NCBI GenBank assembly: GCA_963703225.1
Contig: OY969801.1
Coordinates: forward strand, 640,001-704,000
Direction of reading: 5' to 3'
DNA: 64,000 bases
Source: Candidatus Eiseniibacteriota bacterium
GTDB taxonomy: Bacteria > Eisenbacteria > RBG-16-71-46 > SZUA-252
Shown one piece after another: positions 19,650 to 31,200 of this stretch (its first letter is position 1; each line of letters opens with the position of its first letter). A program made the translations under genes and the position numbers. Under the pieces are notes generated by a model. That model searched no databases. It saw nothing but the letters and a program-made list of their open reading frames with translations, and was not told where the DNA came from.

Positions 19650-19997
19650 GGGGGCGAAAGGATTCGACGGAGTAGTGAATTTTGAAGCGCGCGCCGAGGT
19701 GCCCGTAGGCCTCGTAAAACCACGGGCAAAACACAACAGCCAATACTGAATTGGCTCTGGCGGCTTAGCTGCCACGCTCGACCGGTCTGAGCCTGCCGAG
19801 GCTGGATCGGGCGTCATCAAGGTGGGCTGGTCCTCTCGATTCGCTCGAGTTTGGAGGATGAGATCAAATCGGGCTAGCGGCTCCGTGACCTAGTCCGTTG
19901 GCGTCCGGGATCGCGAAGACAGGATAACGGACTACGCGCGTAGTGCTTCTTCTGGATCTACTTTCGGACGAGGGTTCAATTCCCTCCGCCTCCACCA
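19650..19997 (+). ncRNA. ssrA: tmRNA; tag peptide (A)ANTELALAA
   Basis: 5' GGGGGCGAAAGGATTCGAC, 3' GAGGGTTCAATTCCCTCCGCCTCCACCA with G:U in acceptor stem; tag ORF 19739-19768. Confidence 0.97.
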
Positions 19998-20023
19998 TTC
20001 TTCTCCGGAGGATCGACCTCCCG

Positions 20024-21514
20024 ATGAGGGTGCAGGCGATCGCGGCCATCATTACGCTCGGACTGGGGCTCCCCGGAACCCGCGCCGCAGCCGCGCTCAG
20101 CCTAACCCGATACCCGTCGGTTTGGCTCCAAACACCCACATCCGTGCTGCTCGCGTGGCAGACCGACTCGCCCGGAACGGGGAAGGTGCTGTTCGGGACC
20201 ACGGTGGACCTGGGCAGCGAGGCGACCCACCCCGGCACGACGGCGGATCACTCGGTGACGCTCACCGGCCTCACGCCGTCTTCGCGGTACTTCTACCGGG
20301 TCGTCTCCGGGACCGACACCCTCACCAACGGAACCGACACGTTTCGCACGGCGCCATCGACGATGGAACCGTTCCGATTTCTCGCGTTCGGCGATCCAGG
20401 GCGCGCCACGCCGGAGCAGATCCAGCTGGCGGCGCGGATCGATTCCCTCAACGCGGATTTCGCGATCCTGACCGGCGACATCATCTACGAGGGCGGCGAG
20501 GCTGCCAACTTCACGCCTCAGTATTTCAATATCTATCGCCCGACCATCGCGCGCACTCCGTTCTACTCCTGTCTTGGGAACCACGACGTGGTCACGTCGA
20601 ACGGACAGCCGTACCTGGACGCGTTCTACCTGCCGGCGAACAATCCGCCCGCGAACGAGCGCTACTACTCCTTCGACTATTCGAACGCGCACTTCGTCGC
20701 GCTGGAGGTGACGGTCGAGAACGCCGTTCCAAGTGCGACGATGCGCAACTGGCTGGACGCCGACCTCGCCGCTTCGACGAAGCATTGGAAGTTCGTGTTC
20801 TTCCACGTGCCGATGTATTCGAACCTGAATACTCATGGAGACGATCCGACGATCGCCGCTGCGCTCGAGCCGATCTTCAACGCGCGCGGGGTCGATGTGG
20901 TATTTCAGGGCCACAACCACTACTACACGCGCACATACCCGATCGCGGCGGGCGCGGTCGTCAGCGCAGGGCAAAACCCGAACTACGTCAACCCCGGCGG
21001 AGCGATCTATATCGTGACGGGAGGAGGCGGCCGGGCGCTCTACCCGGTGTCGCCTCTAACGAGCTATGAGGTGCTTTCGAAGAGCACGTTCCATACGACC
21101 GTGATCGACGTTTTCGGAACGACGCTGACCCTGTCGGCGGTGGAGCGGGACGGCACGGTCTTCGACACGATGACGCTCATCAAGGACACGCCGACGGGCG
21201 TTGGCTCACAGGCTGTCGGCGGCTCCGGAGCTCCTCGATTCGCCGCGAGCTCGCCACGTCCGAATCCAACCGACGGGTCCACGGAGATCCGGTTTACGTT
21301 GGATCGAGAATCTAGGGTCAACGTTCTTCTCTTCGACGTCGCGGGACGGTGGATTCGAACCCTGGAGAGTGGGCGGCCGCTCTTGGCGGGACCTCGGGGG
21401 ATCGTCTGGGACGGACGGGACGCTTCGGGGACCGAGCTGCCCGCCGGAATCTACTTCGCCGAGATCCAGTCTGGGGAGCGGTCCGTTCGAACCCGAATCA
21501 TCCGGATCAAGTGA
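20024..21514 (+). CDS. secreted purple-acid-phosphatase-like metallophosphoesterase with FN3-like N-domain and FlgD-Ig C-terminal domain
   Basis: FGD, GDIIY, GNHD, FHVP, GHNH motifs; PRPNP...FDVAGR...WDGRD...GIYF tail. Confidence 0.92.
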   Translation: MRVQAIAAIITLGLGLPGTRAAAALSLTRYPSVWLQTPTSVLLAWQTDSPGTGKVLFGTTVDLGSEATHPGTTADHSVTLTGLTPSSRYFYRVVSGTDTLTNGTDTFRTAPSTMEPFRFLAFGDPGRATPEQIQLAARIDSLNADFAILTGDIIYEGGEAANFTPQYFNIYRPTIARTPFYSCLGNHDVVTSNGQPYLDAFYLPANNPPANERYYSFDYSNAHFVALEVTVENAVPSATMRNWLDADLAASTKHWKFVFFHVPMYSNLNTHGDDPTIAAALEPIFNARGVDVVFQGHNHYYTRTYPIAAGAVVSAGQNPNYVNPGGAIYIVTGGGGRALYPVSPLTSYEVLSKSTFHTTVIDVFGTTLTLSAVERDGTVFDTMTLIKDTPTGVGSQAVGGSGAPRFAASSPRPNPTDGSTEIRFTLDRESRVNVLLFDVAGRWIRTLESGRPLLAGPRGIVWDGRDASGTELPAGIYFAEIQSGERSVRTRIIRIK

Positions 21515-21534
21515 GCCTCGGGCCGAACCGGCCC

Positions 21535-22380
21535 TCAAAACCCCGCGAACGCGGCATGCATCGGGTTGGTGAGCAGGATCAGGAGCTTCTCGCCGGTCGT
21601 GGTCCCGCCCTTCTTCAGATGCATGGTGAAGCGGTGCGAGAGCTCGCCAAGGATCGATCCGGCGACGGGCGTGATGACCAGGTCCTGGATGCTCGGCCGC
21701 TCGGCGAACGCTTCGAAGAAGTACTCCCACTGGGTCGAAAGCACCGCGCTGAAGAACATCGACTGCCGGGGGCTCGCGCCCTGCGAGCGCACCGTGTTGT
21801 AGTACATGCTGCCGCCGATGGGGTGCCCCACGTAGTTATGAAACCACCAGTCGTCGTCCCAGACCGGCGGCTGCGTGTAGGCCCGCTCCATGTGATTGAT
21901 CCCATCCCGTACGAAGTGGGCGGACCAACCGGTCCAGCTCTTGGGCAGCGAGGCGGTCACGCCGAGCAGAGCGAGTTCGGCGGCCGTGAGCGGCATCCAG
22001 CCCTTGAGAAACATTTTGCCAAAGCTCGGGGACGTAGCGGCATACACCGGCGCCGAGACGGGCTCCGCGTCGGCGCGCCAATTCGGATCGAACTCCGAAA
22101 TCTGAGCGAGGAGAATCGTCTCTCCGCCGCCCGGCTGATCCGGAAAGGGGCGAGGGTAGGTGAGATCCAACGAAAGGTCCCGGGGGTCCACCGCGCGTGG
22201 AGGGTCGCCCGCGGCGGGAAGTAATCCGTTCTGGAGGCTCTCGTCGTCCAAGAGGCTCGCAGCGGAGGCGCTGGGGAGCCCGGCGAGGGCGAGGCTCAAC
22301 CCTGCGATCACGGCCCGGAGATAGTGCCAGTCTGCCAACTTGGCAGGGGACGCGAGTGCGCGCGGGGGTGCCGGGGGCAT
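21535..22380 (-). CDS. DUF3943-domain protein
   Basis: WDDDWWFHNYVGHP, WEYFFEA, PSIQDLVITPVAGSILGE. Confidence 0.85.
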   Translation of the reverse strand: MPPAPPRALASPAKLADWHYLRAVIAGLSLALAGLPSASAASLLDDESLQNGLLPAAGDPPRAVDPRDLSLDLTYPRPFPDQPGGGETILLAQISEFDPNWRADAEPVSAPVYAATSPSFGKMFLKGWMPLTAAELALLGVTASLPKSWTGWSAHFVRDGINHMERAYTQPPVWDDDWWFHNYVGHPIGGSMYYNTVRSQGASPRQSMFFSAVLSTQWEYFFEAFAERPSIQDLVITPVAGSILGELSHRFTMHLKKGGTTTGEKLLILLTNPMHAAFAGF

Positions 22381-22564
22381 AGTCGATCTCCACCGAGTGA
22401 TGCCACGTCCGCGGGAGCCAGCGAGGAATCCCCCCCGATCGCGCAGCGTAAGCTAACGCTGCGAACCTAACAGAGAACCGCAGTACCGTCCACGCATCAG
22501 ATTCCCTTATCATGGCGCCCATTCTTCCCGGATCGCTGCAACGCAGAGGGAAAGGAGTGTCTCC

Positions 22565-23630
22565 ATGCGATCGGTCATCGCCGGCCGTTCCCGGCTCGGG
22601 CTGAGCGCACCGGTCCGGCTTCTCGGCTCGCTGCTTCTGGCCGCCGCCGCGGTGCTCTCCACCGCGTGCGCCCCGCGCGCCAAGACCCAAGCGCCGGCGA
22701 TCGACCCCCTCCCATCCTGGAACGCCGGCCCGGCCAAGGATGCGGTCACCCATTTCGTGGCCCGCGTGACCCATGAGGGCGGACCGGATTTCGTCGCGAC
22801 GCGCGAGAGGATCGCGGTCTTTGACAACGACGGGACGCTCTGGTCCGAGCAGCCGATTTACTTTCAGTTCGCGTTCGCGCTCGATCGAATCAAAGCCCTG
22901 GCGCCGCAGCATCCCGAGTGGAAATCGAAGCAGCCATTCAAAGCACTGCTGGCGGGTGATCTCAAGGCGGCCCTGGCCGGTGGCGAGCGGGCGATCCTCG
23001 AGATCATGGCCGCCACCCACGCGGGAATGACGACCGACGAGTTCGACGCGATCGTGCGCGACTGGGTCGCCAATGCCCAGCATCCGCGGTTCCATCGGCC
23101 CTACACCGATCTCGCCTACCAGCCCATGCTGGAGCTGCTCTCGTTCCTGCGCGCGAACGACTTCAAGACATACATCGTGTCGGGCGGGGGCGTGGACTTC
23201 ATGCGGGCTTGGACGGAGCGGGTCTACGGGATTCCACCGGAGCAGGTCGTCGGTAGCTTCCGGAAAACTTCAGTTCCAGATGAAGGACGACAAGCCGGTG
23301 CTCGAGAAGCTCGCGGAGCTTGATTTCGTCGACGATGGGCCTGGCAAGCCGGTGGGCATCCAGCGATTCATCGGGAGGCGACCGATCGCCGCCTTCGGCA
23401 ACTCGGACGGCGACCTCCAGATGCTCCAGTGGACGACCACTGGGGATGGCCTGCGCCTCGGGATGATCGTGCACCACACCGATGCGGGGCGCGAGTGGGC
23501 CTACGACCGGACATCCGCGATTGGGAAACTGGACAAAGCGCTGGACGAGGCGGGGCCTCGTGGCTGGACGGTGATCGACATGAAGGCCGACTGGAAGCGG
23601 ATCTACGCGTTTGAGGCGGTTTCGAATTGA
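22565..23630 (+). CDS. HAD-superfamily hydrolase (nonspecific acid phosphatase type), one frameshift near 23258
   Basis: VFDNDGTLWSEQP, IVSGGG, AFGNSDGD; removing one T restores VVGSSGKLQF. Confidence 0.88.
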
Positions 23631-24957
23631 CACAGCCGCTCCTCAAGCGGCAGATCGGCCTCTACGCCGCGACCGCGGTGACGGTCGGAAGCATCATCGG
23701 CTCCGGCATCTTCCGGTCGCCGCACTCCGTGGCCCGCGAGCTTCACACCGAGACGTTGATGCTGGCGGCGTGGATCGTGGGCGGACTCCTCTCGATGACG
23801 GGATCCCTCGTCCTCGCCGAGATCGCGGTGGCGCACCCGCAGACCGGCGGCCTCTACTGCTTCATCCGGGAGGGGTTCGGCCGGCGGCTCGCGTTCGTCT
23901 TCGGCTGGGCCTCGCTCGCGGTGATCAAGCCGACCGTGATCGCGTCGATCACGAGCGTCTTCGCGATCTACGCCTGTCAGGCGGCCGGGTGGCCGGCCGG
24001 CGCGCAGCTTCCGGTTGGGCTGGCCGCCATCTGCTTCCTCACCTTCGTGAACTGGCTGGGCGTGCGGGAGGGGACGACCACCCAGACCGTCCTGACCTCC
24101 TCGAAAGTGCTCGGCATTCTCGCGCTCTGCGCGGTCGCGTTCGCGCTTCCCCATTCCGGGCCGGCTGGCGCGGCTGCTGCCGCCGCGCCGCCCGCGAATC
24201 GCCCATCCACTCCTCATCGCCTTCGTCGCGGCGATGATTCCCGATCCTCTTCGCCTACGACGGCTGGACCGATTCCACCTACGTGGCCGGCGAGATCGTC
24301 AATCCCGGCCGGACCCTGCCGATCGCGATCCTCGGAGGAACCGCGATCGTCATCGCGGTCTACGTCGTCACCAATCTTGCCTACTTCGCGGTCCTCTCGC
24401 CGAGCGAGGTGGCCACCTACGAGGCCGTGGCGAGCGAGACGATGCGCCGGATCCTCGGCGACTGGGGGGGCCGGGCGCTCGCCGTGCTCGTCGCGGTCTC
24501 GACGTTCGGAACGATCAGCGCGTCGGTCCTCACCGGCCCGCGCGTCACGCTGGCCATGGCCGCCGACGGGCTCTTCTGGCGCCGCGCGGCGCACGTGCAT
24601 GCGCGCCGTGGGACCCCGGATTTCGCGCTCTGGCTCCAGTGCGCGCTCTCCTGTCTCTGGCTCGCGGCCGCCTCGAGGGGATTCGAGGATGTCTCGGGAT
24701 GGTTCGTCACCACTTCCTGGCTCTTCTACGGCCTCACGATCGCGGCGATCTTTGCGGTGCGGCGCCGCGCGTCGACCGTCGGGGGCTACCGCACTCCTCT
24801 CTTTCCGGTCACCCCGTTCCTCTTCATCCTGGTCACCATCGCGCTCATCGCAAGCGACCTTGCGACAAGCCAATGGCGCGCCATGGCCGGCGTCCTAGTC
24901 GCGGCCCTCGGATTTCCGATCTATCATGTATGGAAGGGGCGGGGCGGCGCGGACTGA
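23627..24957 (+). CDS. APC family amino acid permease, frameshifts near 24200 and 24240
   Basis: GSIIGSGIF, GGLY, (MIPIL)FAYDGW, GEIVNPGRTLP, YRTPLFP. Confidence 0.88.
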
Positions 24958-25002
24958 GAGTTTCCGGCATCTCCACAGGGGGGCGTTCAGATCGTGGAGC
25001 AG

Positions 25003-28000
25003 ATGGAAGCCGGCACCCGCATTGGCCATTACCGCATCGTCGAGAAGATCGGTGCCGGTGGCATGGGCGAGGTCTACCGGGCCGACGACCTAAGGCTCGA
25101 GCGGCCCGTCGCCATCAAGTTCCTGCCCGCCTGGGCGGCCGGCGATCCGACGGCGGTCGAACGTCTCGTGCGCGAGGCCAAGCTCGCCTCCGCGCTCAAC
25201 CATCCTCATATCGTCACGATATACGCGATCGAGGAGACCGACTCGACGCCGTTTCTCGTCATGGAGTACGTCGAGGGCGAGACGCTGCACTCGCGGCTGC
25301 GTCGAAAGCCGCTCGAGCTTGTCGAGCTCGTCGAAATCGGCGCCGAGGTCGCCGACGCGCTGGAGTCGGCTCACCGGATCGGGCTGATCCACCGCGACGT
25401 CAAGTCGACCAACATCCTGCTCACCGCTGGAGGGGCACGTCAAGGTCGTCGACTTCGGCCTCGCCAAGCGTCTTCCGGCGGAGCGCGGGGGCGCGGACCG
25501 TACCGTCACCGAGGGGCTCACCGCCCCGGGCTCCCTGGTTGGCACCGCCGCCTATATGTCGCCCGAGCAGGCTCGCGGAGAGCCGCTCGACGCGCGCACC
25601 GATCTCTTCTCGCTCGGGATCGTCCTCTACGAGGCGGCGACGGGGCGGCTGCCGTTCGAGGGCCCGACGATGCTCTCGGTGCTCCACGAGATCGCCCTCG
25701 TCGAGCCGCCCGCGCCGTCGCGCGCGCGCCCCGGCCTCCCGCGCGAGCTGGACCACGTGCTCTTGCGCGCGATGGCCAAGGACAAGGCCCGCCGCTATTC
25801 GAGCGCCGCGGAGCTGGCGGCCGCGCTCCGCGCCCTGGGCCAGGAGGACGGCCTCTTCTCGGGAGACGGCGTGGCCAGGGCGGGAGCTTCCGGCCCCACG
25901 TCCAGCCTTCCCAACAACCTTCCCGTGGCGCTGACGAGCTTCGTGGGCCGGCGCGATGAGATGGAGGACATCGCCCGCCTGCTGGGAACCTCGCGCCTGG
26001 TCACGCTCACCGGCGCGGGCGGGTGCGGCAAGTCGCGCCTCTCGGTACAGGTCGCGCGAAATGTTCTCGAGAGTTTCCCGGACGGCGCGTGGATCGCGGA
26101 GCTGGCACCCCTCTCCGATCCTGGTCTCGTCCCGCAGCGCGTGGCCGCCGCGCTCGGCGTGCGCGAGGAGCCGGGCCGCCCGCTGATCGAGACCCTCCAG
26201 GAGGCGTTGGGCTCCCGCACGCTCCTGATCCTTCTCGACAATTGCGAGCACTTGGCCACGGCGTGCGGCGCGCTTGCCAAGCAACTGATCGAGGGCACGA
26301 CCGGAGCGCGCATTCTGGCCACGAGCCGGGAGGCGCTCGGGGTCCCGGGCGAGGTGCTCTGGCGCGTGCCACCCCTTCACGTTCCGGATATGCGCGGTCC
26401 GGGCCGGCTCACAAGGCGCGAGATCGGCCAGTTCGAGTCGGTCCGGCTCTTTGCGGTGCGCGCCGCCACCGTCGCGCCCACTTTCTCGCTGACGGATCAG
26501 AACGCGGAGACCGTCGCGCAGATATGCTCGCGCCTCGATGGAATCCCGCTCGCGATCGAGCTGGCGGCGGCCCGGGTCAAGGTGCTCCCCGTCGGCCAGA
26601 TCCTGACCCGACTCGAAGATCGATTCCGCCTGCTGACGTCGGGGAGCCCGACGGCGTTGATGCACCAGCAGACGCTCCGGGCGACGGTCGACTGGAGCTA
26701 CGACCTGCTGGAGGAGCAGGAGCGCGCGCTGTTCAATCGCTTGAGCGTCTTTGCCGGCGGCGCGGCGCTCGAAGCGGTGGAGACCGTTTGCGCGGGAGAC
26801 GGGCTGGCCGAAGAGGAGATCCTCGATCTCCTCGCGCACCTCGTCGACAAATCGCTGGTTCTGCCCGAAGAAGGCGTGGAGGGCGCGGCGCGATATCGGC
26901 TGCTGGAAACGCTTCGAGCGTACGGCCGGGAAGTGCTGGAGCGCTCGGGCAAGAGGCCGAGCTGTCTCGAACGCCACGCCCGGTTCTACCTGGCGCTCGC
27001 CGAGGAGGCGGAGCCCGAGCTGAGCGGCAGCGACCAATCGGGGTGGCTCGCCCGGCTCGAACAGGAGCACGACAACCTGCGCCAATCGGCCGAGTGGGCG
27101 GTCCGGTCGGCCCACGTGGAGGAGGCGCTCCGTCTGGCCGGATCGCTCTGGCGGTTCTGGCGAATCCACAGCCACTTTGGCGAGGGACGACGACGGCTCG
27201 AGGCCGCCCTCTCGGGCGAGGGGACGGGGCCGGGAGAGCGGCGCGCACGCGCCAAGGCGCTGCTCGGAGCGGGCGCGCTCGCCCGGAGCCAGAGCGACTA
27301 CGAGCGATCGAGGGTCCTCCTCGAGGAGGGCCTCGCGATGGGACAGCTCTCCGGAAACAAAGAGGTCACGCAGGCGATCCTGATCGAGCTGGGAACGGTC
27401 GCCATCGATCAGGGAAGGCTGGGCGAAGCGCGCGAATATTACGAAGGGAGCCTGGCCATCCTCCGCGCCGCCGGCGACAAGCGAGGAATGGCCAGCGCGC
27501 TCCACAACCTGGGGGTCGTGTCCCAGGCGCTCGGAGACTATGACGACGCGCGGTCGCTCTACGCCCAGGCGCTCGGGATCAACCAGGAGCTTGGAAACGA
27601 GGGATGGGAAGCGCTCGACCGGAACGCGCTGGGAAGCGTGGCTTCCGACCACGACGACTACGCCGTCGCGCGAAGCCATCACGAGGAGGCTCTCGCGATT
27701 CACCAGCGGCTCGGTGACCGCTGGGGGATCGCCTACTCGCTCCACGAGATTGGCCGCGCGGCCATCTGGCTGGGGGATCATGCGCGGGCGCGCGACCTTC
27801 TCGCCGAGAGCATGACCACCTTCCAGTCGCTCGGCGATCGCGTGGGGGTGGTGGAAACGCTGGAGTACTTTGCGGCGCTGGCCGCCGCCGAACGGGAAGA
27901 TAAGCACGCGTTCGTTCTCGCGGGCGCGGCAGCCGCGCTTCGGGATGCGCTCGGAGCGCCTCCCACCCCTCCCGATCGGGCGAGCCTGGAGCGATGCCTG

Positions 28001-28117
28001 GCCGGAGCGAAGGAGAGGTTGGGAAGCGCCGCGACCGCCGCGTCGTTCGAGACGGGGCGAGGGACCGGATTGGAGCGCGCGATCGCGCTCGCGATGGGCG
28101 ACGGCCGCTCGCAGTGA
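25003..28117 (+). CDS. Ser/Thr protein kinase - NB-ARC/AfsR-type STAND ATPase - TPR protein, frameshift near 25435
   Basis: GAGGMGEVY, HRDVKSTN, VKVVDFG after correction, YMSPEQ; NNLPVALTSFVGR, GAGGCGKS, LLDNCEH; TPR tail. Confidence 0.9.
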
Positions 28118-28151
28118 GGGCGTCCGCGCACGCGGGATCGGCCGGAACTCA

Positions 28152-28180
28152 TTGACAGTATGCCGAGTGCGTGATATAGT
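28152..28180 (+). promoter_or_regulatory. sigma70 promoter
   Basis: TTGACA-17 nt-TATAGT with TG extension, 45 nt before the 1244-aa gene. Confidence 0.8.
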
Positions 28181-28225
28181 GCCGCGGTAAATTCGATTCG
28201 CGGGGCGCGTTGAACTGGGGGTACG

Positions 28226-31200
28226 GTGCGTTATCGTGAGCGCTCCCTCGTCGTACTGCTGCTGTTGGCCCTCCTCGTAATCCCCTCGTCTACACAGGCG
28301 CGCCCACCTACGACAAACGGCGGCTATCCCGATGGATTGCCGAAGCAATATCGCGGCCAGCTTTGGTGGGCCGGCACGCTCACGCGCCAAACTTCCGTGA
28401 CCACGACCTGGTACCTCTATCCGGGTGCATGCGTCCAGCGTGCCCTCGGCACCTGGTCGGCCAAGTCGAGCCCGGTCGCCGATAGCCTCCAGCCGACCGG
28501 CGGCTTTGCCAACTCCTCGGGCTATACCGACAACCAGCCGGACATCGCGGGCAACAACAACACCATTGCGTACACTCGCGACGACGGGTCGCTTTCCGGG
28601 AGGCTATGGCACGTCGTCAACGTCGGCGTGCCCGCCTCCCAGCGCCCGGCCATCATCAACGGCTCGAATAGCCTCTGGTGCGGGAAGTTCGACCCCAGCT
28701 GGGTCGTCAAGGTCGGCTATCCGAACAACACCTTCCAGATCCTCTACATCGATACCGGTGCGCACGGGGGCACGTACCACCTCACCTTCACTGGAAGGCT
28801 CGGCTGCGAGCAGAACTACGACTACAACGCCATCATCGGTGGCGGAGGCCTAGGCCAGACGGATCACGCCGATCCCCTCCAGAATCGTCGAGATCTCATG
28901 CGCGATGTTCTGCCTCCATTCGGCAACGCGACCGCCGGGCCCTACGGAGATTCAGACAACATCGTCACCTTCACGGGGAACATCCAAAGCGCGCAGGCGC
29001 GCACGCAGAACCACACGGGACTGTTGTCCAACTCGATCGTCGTGGGCGCCGCGTCCGGATTCCCGACGGCGCAAGCCTACGACATCACGATCGATAGCGA
29101 TCATCGGGCCCTCTACTTCGTGTTCACCTCGGACGACCGGTTCTCGCCCGAGGATGGACGCTGGCCGGAGAGCAATGGACAGATCATCGATGACCTCGCG
29201 ACCAGCGACAATGGCTCGATCTACACGGATCAAGCTGAGGTGGGAACGTCCGATCCGTTCGGGGGGATCGTCATCGTGGGGACCTACGGGACGGCGGGCT
29301 ACGTTGCCGGCCGCGTTCCCGCCGGCATCGGCGGGCTCTGGCAGCTCGCTCCCGGGAACGAGAACGTGACCGCGGATCCCTGCTCGCCTCAGAAGGCGCT
29401 CTCCACCGACCTCTTCTTCGAAGGCGGCGATCCGAGCACCAACCTCGCGATCAATGGGCAGTTCAATTCCATCGTCGGCTGTGCCTTCCCCGTGCCGACA
29501 GGCATCGCATCGATTCGATTGCAGTGGGGAGAGTACCTTGATTTACCCCAGTACGCGGGATATGCACAGTACGCGGAGTATCGGTTCTACAAGGGCGGCG
29601 ACTGGTCGCGCTGGACCAACGCGTCGGCGGGCGGCGGGGTCAGCAGCGGGGCGAATCAAGCGTGGGGGACCAAGTCCTACGAGCTCCCGCAGGCGGTGCA
29701 GGCGGACTCGGTGCAGGTGCGATTGAATCTGAAGTGCATCCCCGTGTTCGCCGCCGACCAGTCAAACTGCTCCACCTCGCAGGCGAACCCCCTCCTCTAC
29801 GACGACCTTCGCCTCGAGGTGACGACCGGGGTCCCTGGCCCCTATTTTGGAATTCTGTTCAACTCGCTGGCCCAGACGACGTTCGTCGACGGGGTCATCG
29901 GCTCGACCGTGCCGGGCGCGCCGGCCAACTGCGGGTCCAAGGTCAATCAGTGCTGGCCGGGGAACCGTGGCTCGGGCCTCGGCAATCCGGCCGATCACAA
30001 TATCGCCGTCAACGACAACTGGAACTCGCCATTGGGCGACTCGATCACCCTCGCCATCGTCAGCGGCCTGGCCAGGAACGGCATGGGCGTGAACTGGAAG
30101 GACGGAAAGGACGGGACGGTCGATAACGGCGAGAACTATCAGGCGCGCCACAACGGCTCGTTCAACGCCGCGTTCGACTCCCCGCGGATGATCTACCGTT
30201 TGTTCGACCCAGCCACGAAGGCCTGGAGCGCGTTCGATTCGTGCCAGATCTATCCAAACGTTTCGATCTCCGGACCCGACACGGTCATCATCGACTCCGA
30301 ATACTCGATCAACTGGCCGCCGGCCGACAAGGTGCTCGCCGGCGCTTCGCTCCCGGGCGGATTCACCATCAACGGAGTGGGCGCCTACTCCCTCCTCGCG
30401 TTCCTCCCGAGGGGCACTCGGATGCAATACTACTTCAAAGGCGTCGATATCAATGGGGGCGTCGCGTACATCTTCTCGTCGGATGCGCTCGCGCGCGAGG
30501 TGGAGGATCTGCCCGCGCTGCCCGGCAGCTCGATCAAGGCCCCGGACATCATCGAGTGGCGCGTACTGCCGAGCGTCTATCCGCCGGGTCCCGGCGGCTC
30601 GCTCTTGGCGGGCCGGACCAACACGCCGATTCTGGACCTGGACGGCGCCTACACGGCGTGGGCCTTTGGCTACGATCCGGTGACGCAGGCGCTGCGCGGC
30701 CTGGGGGTACGGGCCGACCGCTACCGGTACCTGCAGGGGTATGGAACGGCGTCCAACATCGGCGGCCACGAGCTTCCGGGCACGCGCGCGACATATTTGT
30801 CGAACTTTTTCCCGAACTACACGGAGTACCCGATCGCCGACTCGCTGGCTGTCTGGTACCGGATCATGATCCAGTCGAATCACGTGCGCACGGTGAGTCC
30901 GTTCGAAGAGCAGGACGCCATTCTGGCCCAGCAGTGGTGGGCCAGGGACACGGGCTCGAATCAGGGTGACCGCTGCTTCTTCGTCAGCGGCGACGACGTC
31001 ATGAACGCGCTCCTCAATACCACGGGCGTCCCCATCACGAATCAGGTCAGCCTCGCGCAGGACGTGTTCGGCGTGAGCAGCGGCACGAACGCCTGGTCGG
31101 GCACCCTCAGCTCGCCGATCCCCACGATCGACGACCGCTTTGCGGCGGCTGGCGCCGGGCCGGCCCTCGCGGCACCCAACACGTTCACGTATCCGGTGGA

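Noticed and set aside
19943..20023. 5' extension of the phosphoesterase ORF, and tmRNA as an integration site
   Set aside because: The extension overlaps the tmRNA 3' end; the ATG at 20024 gives a normal signal peptide; no integrase or duplicated 3' end was seen
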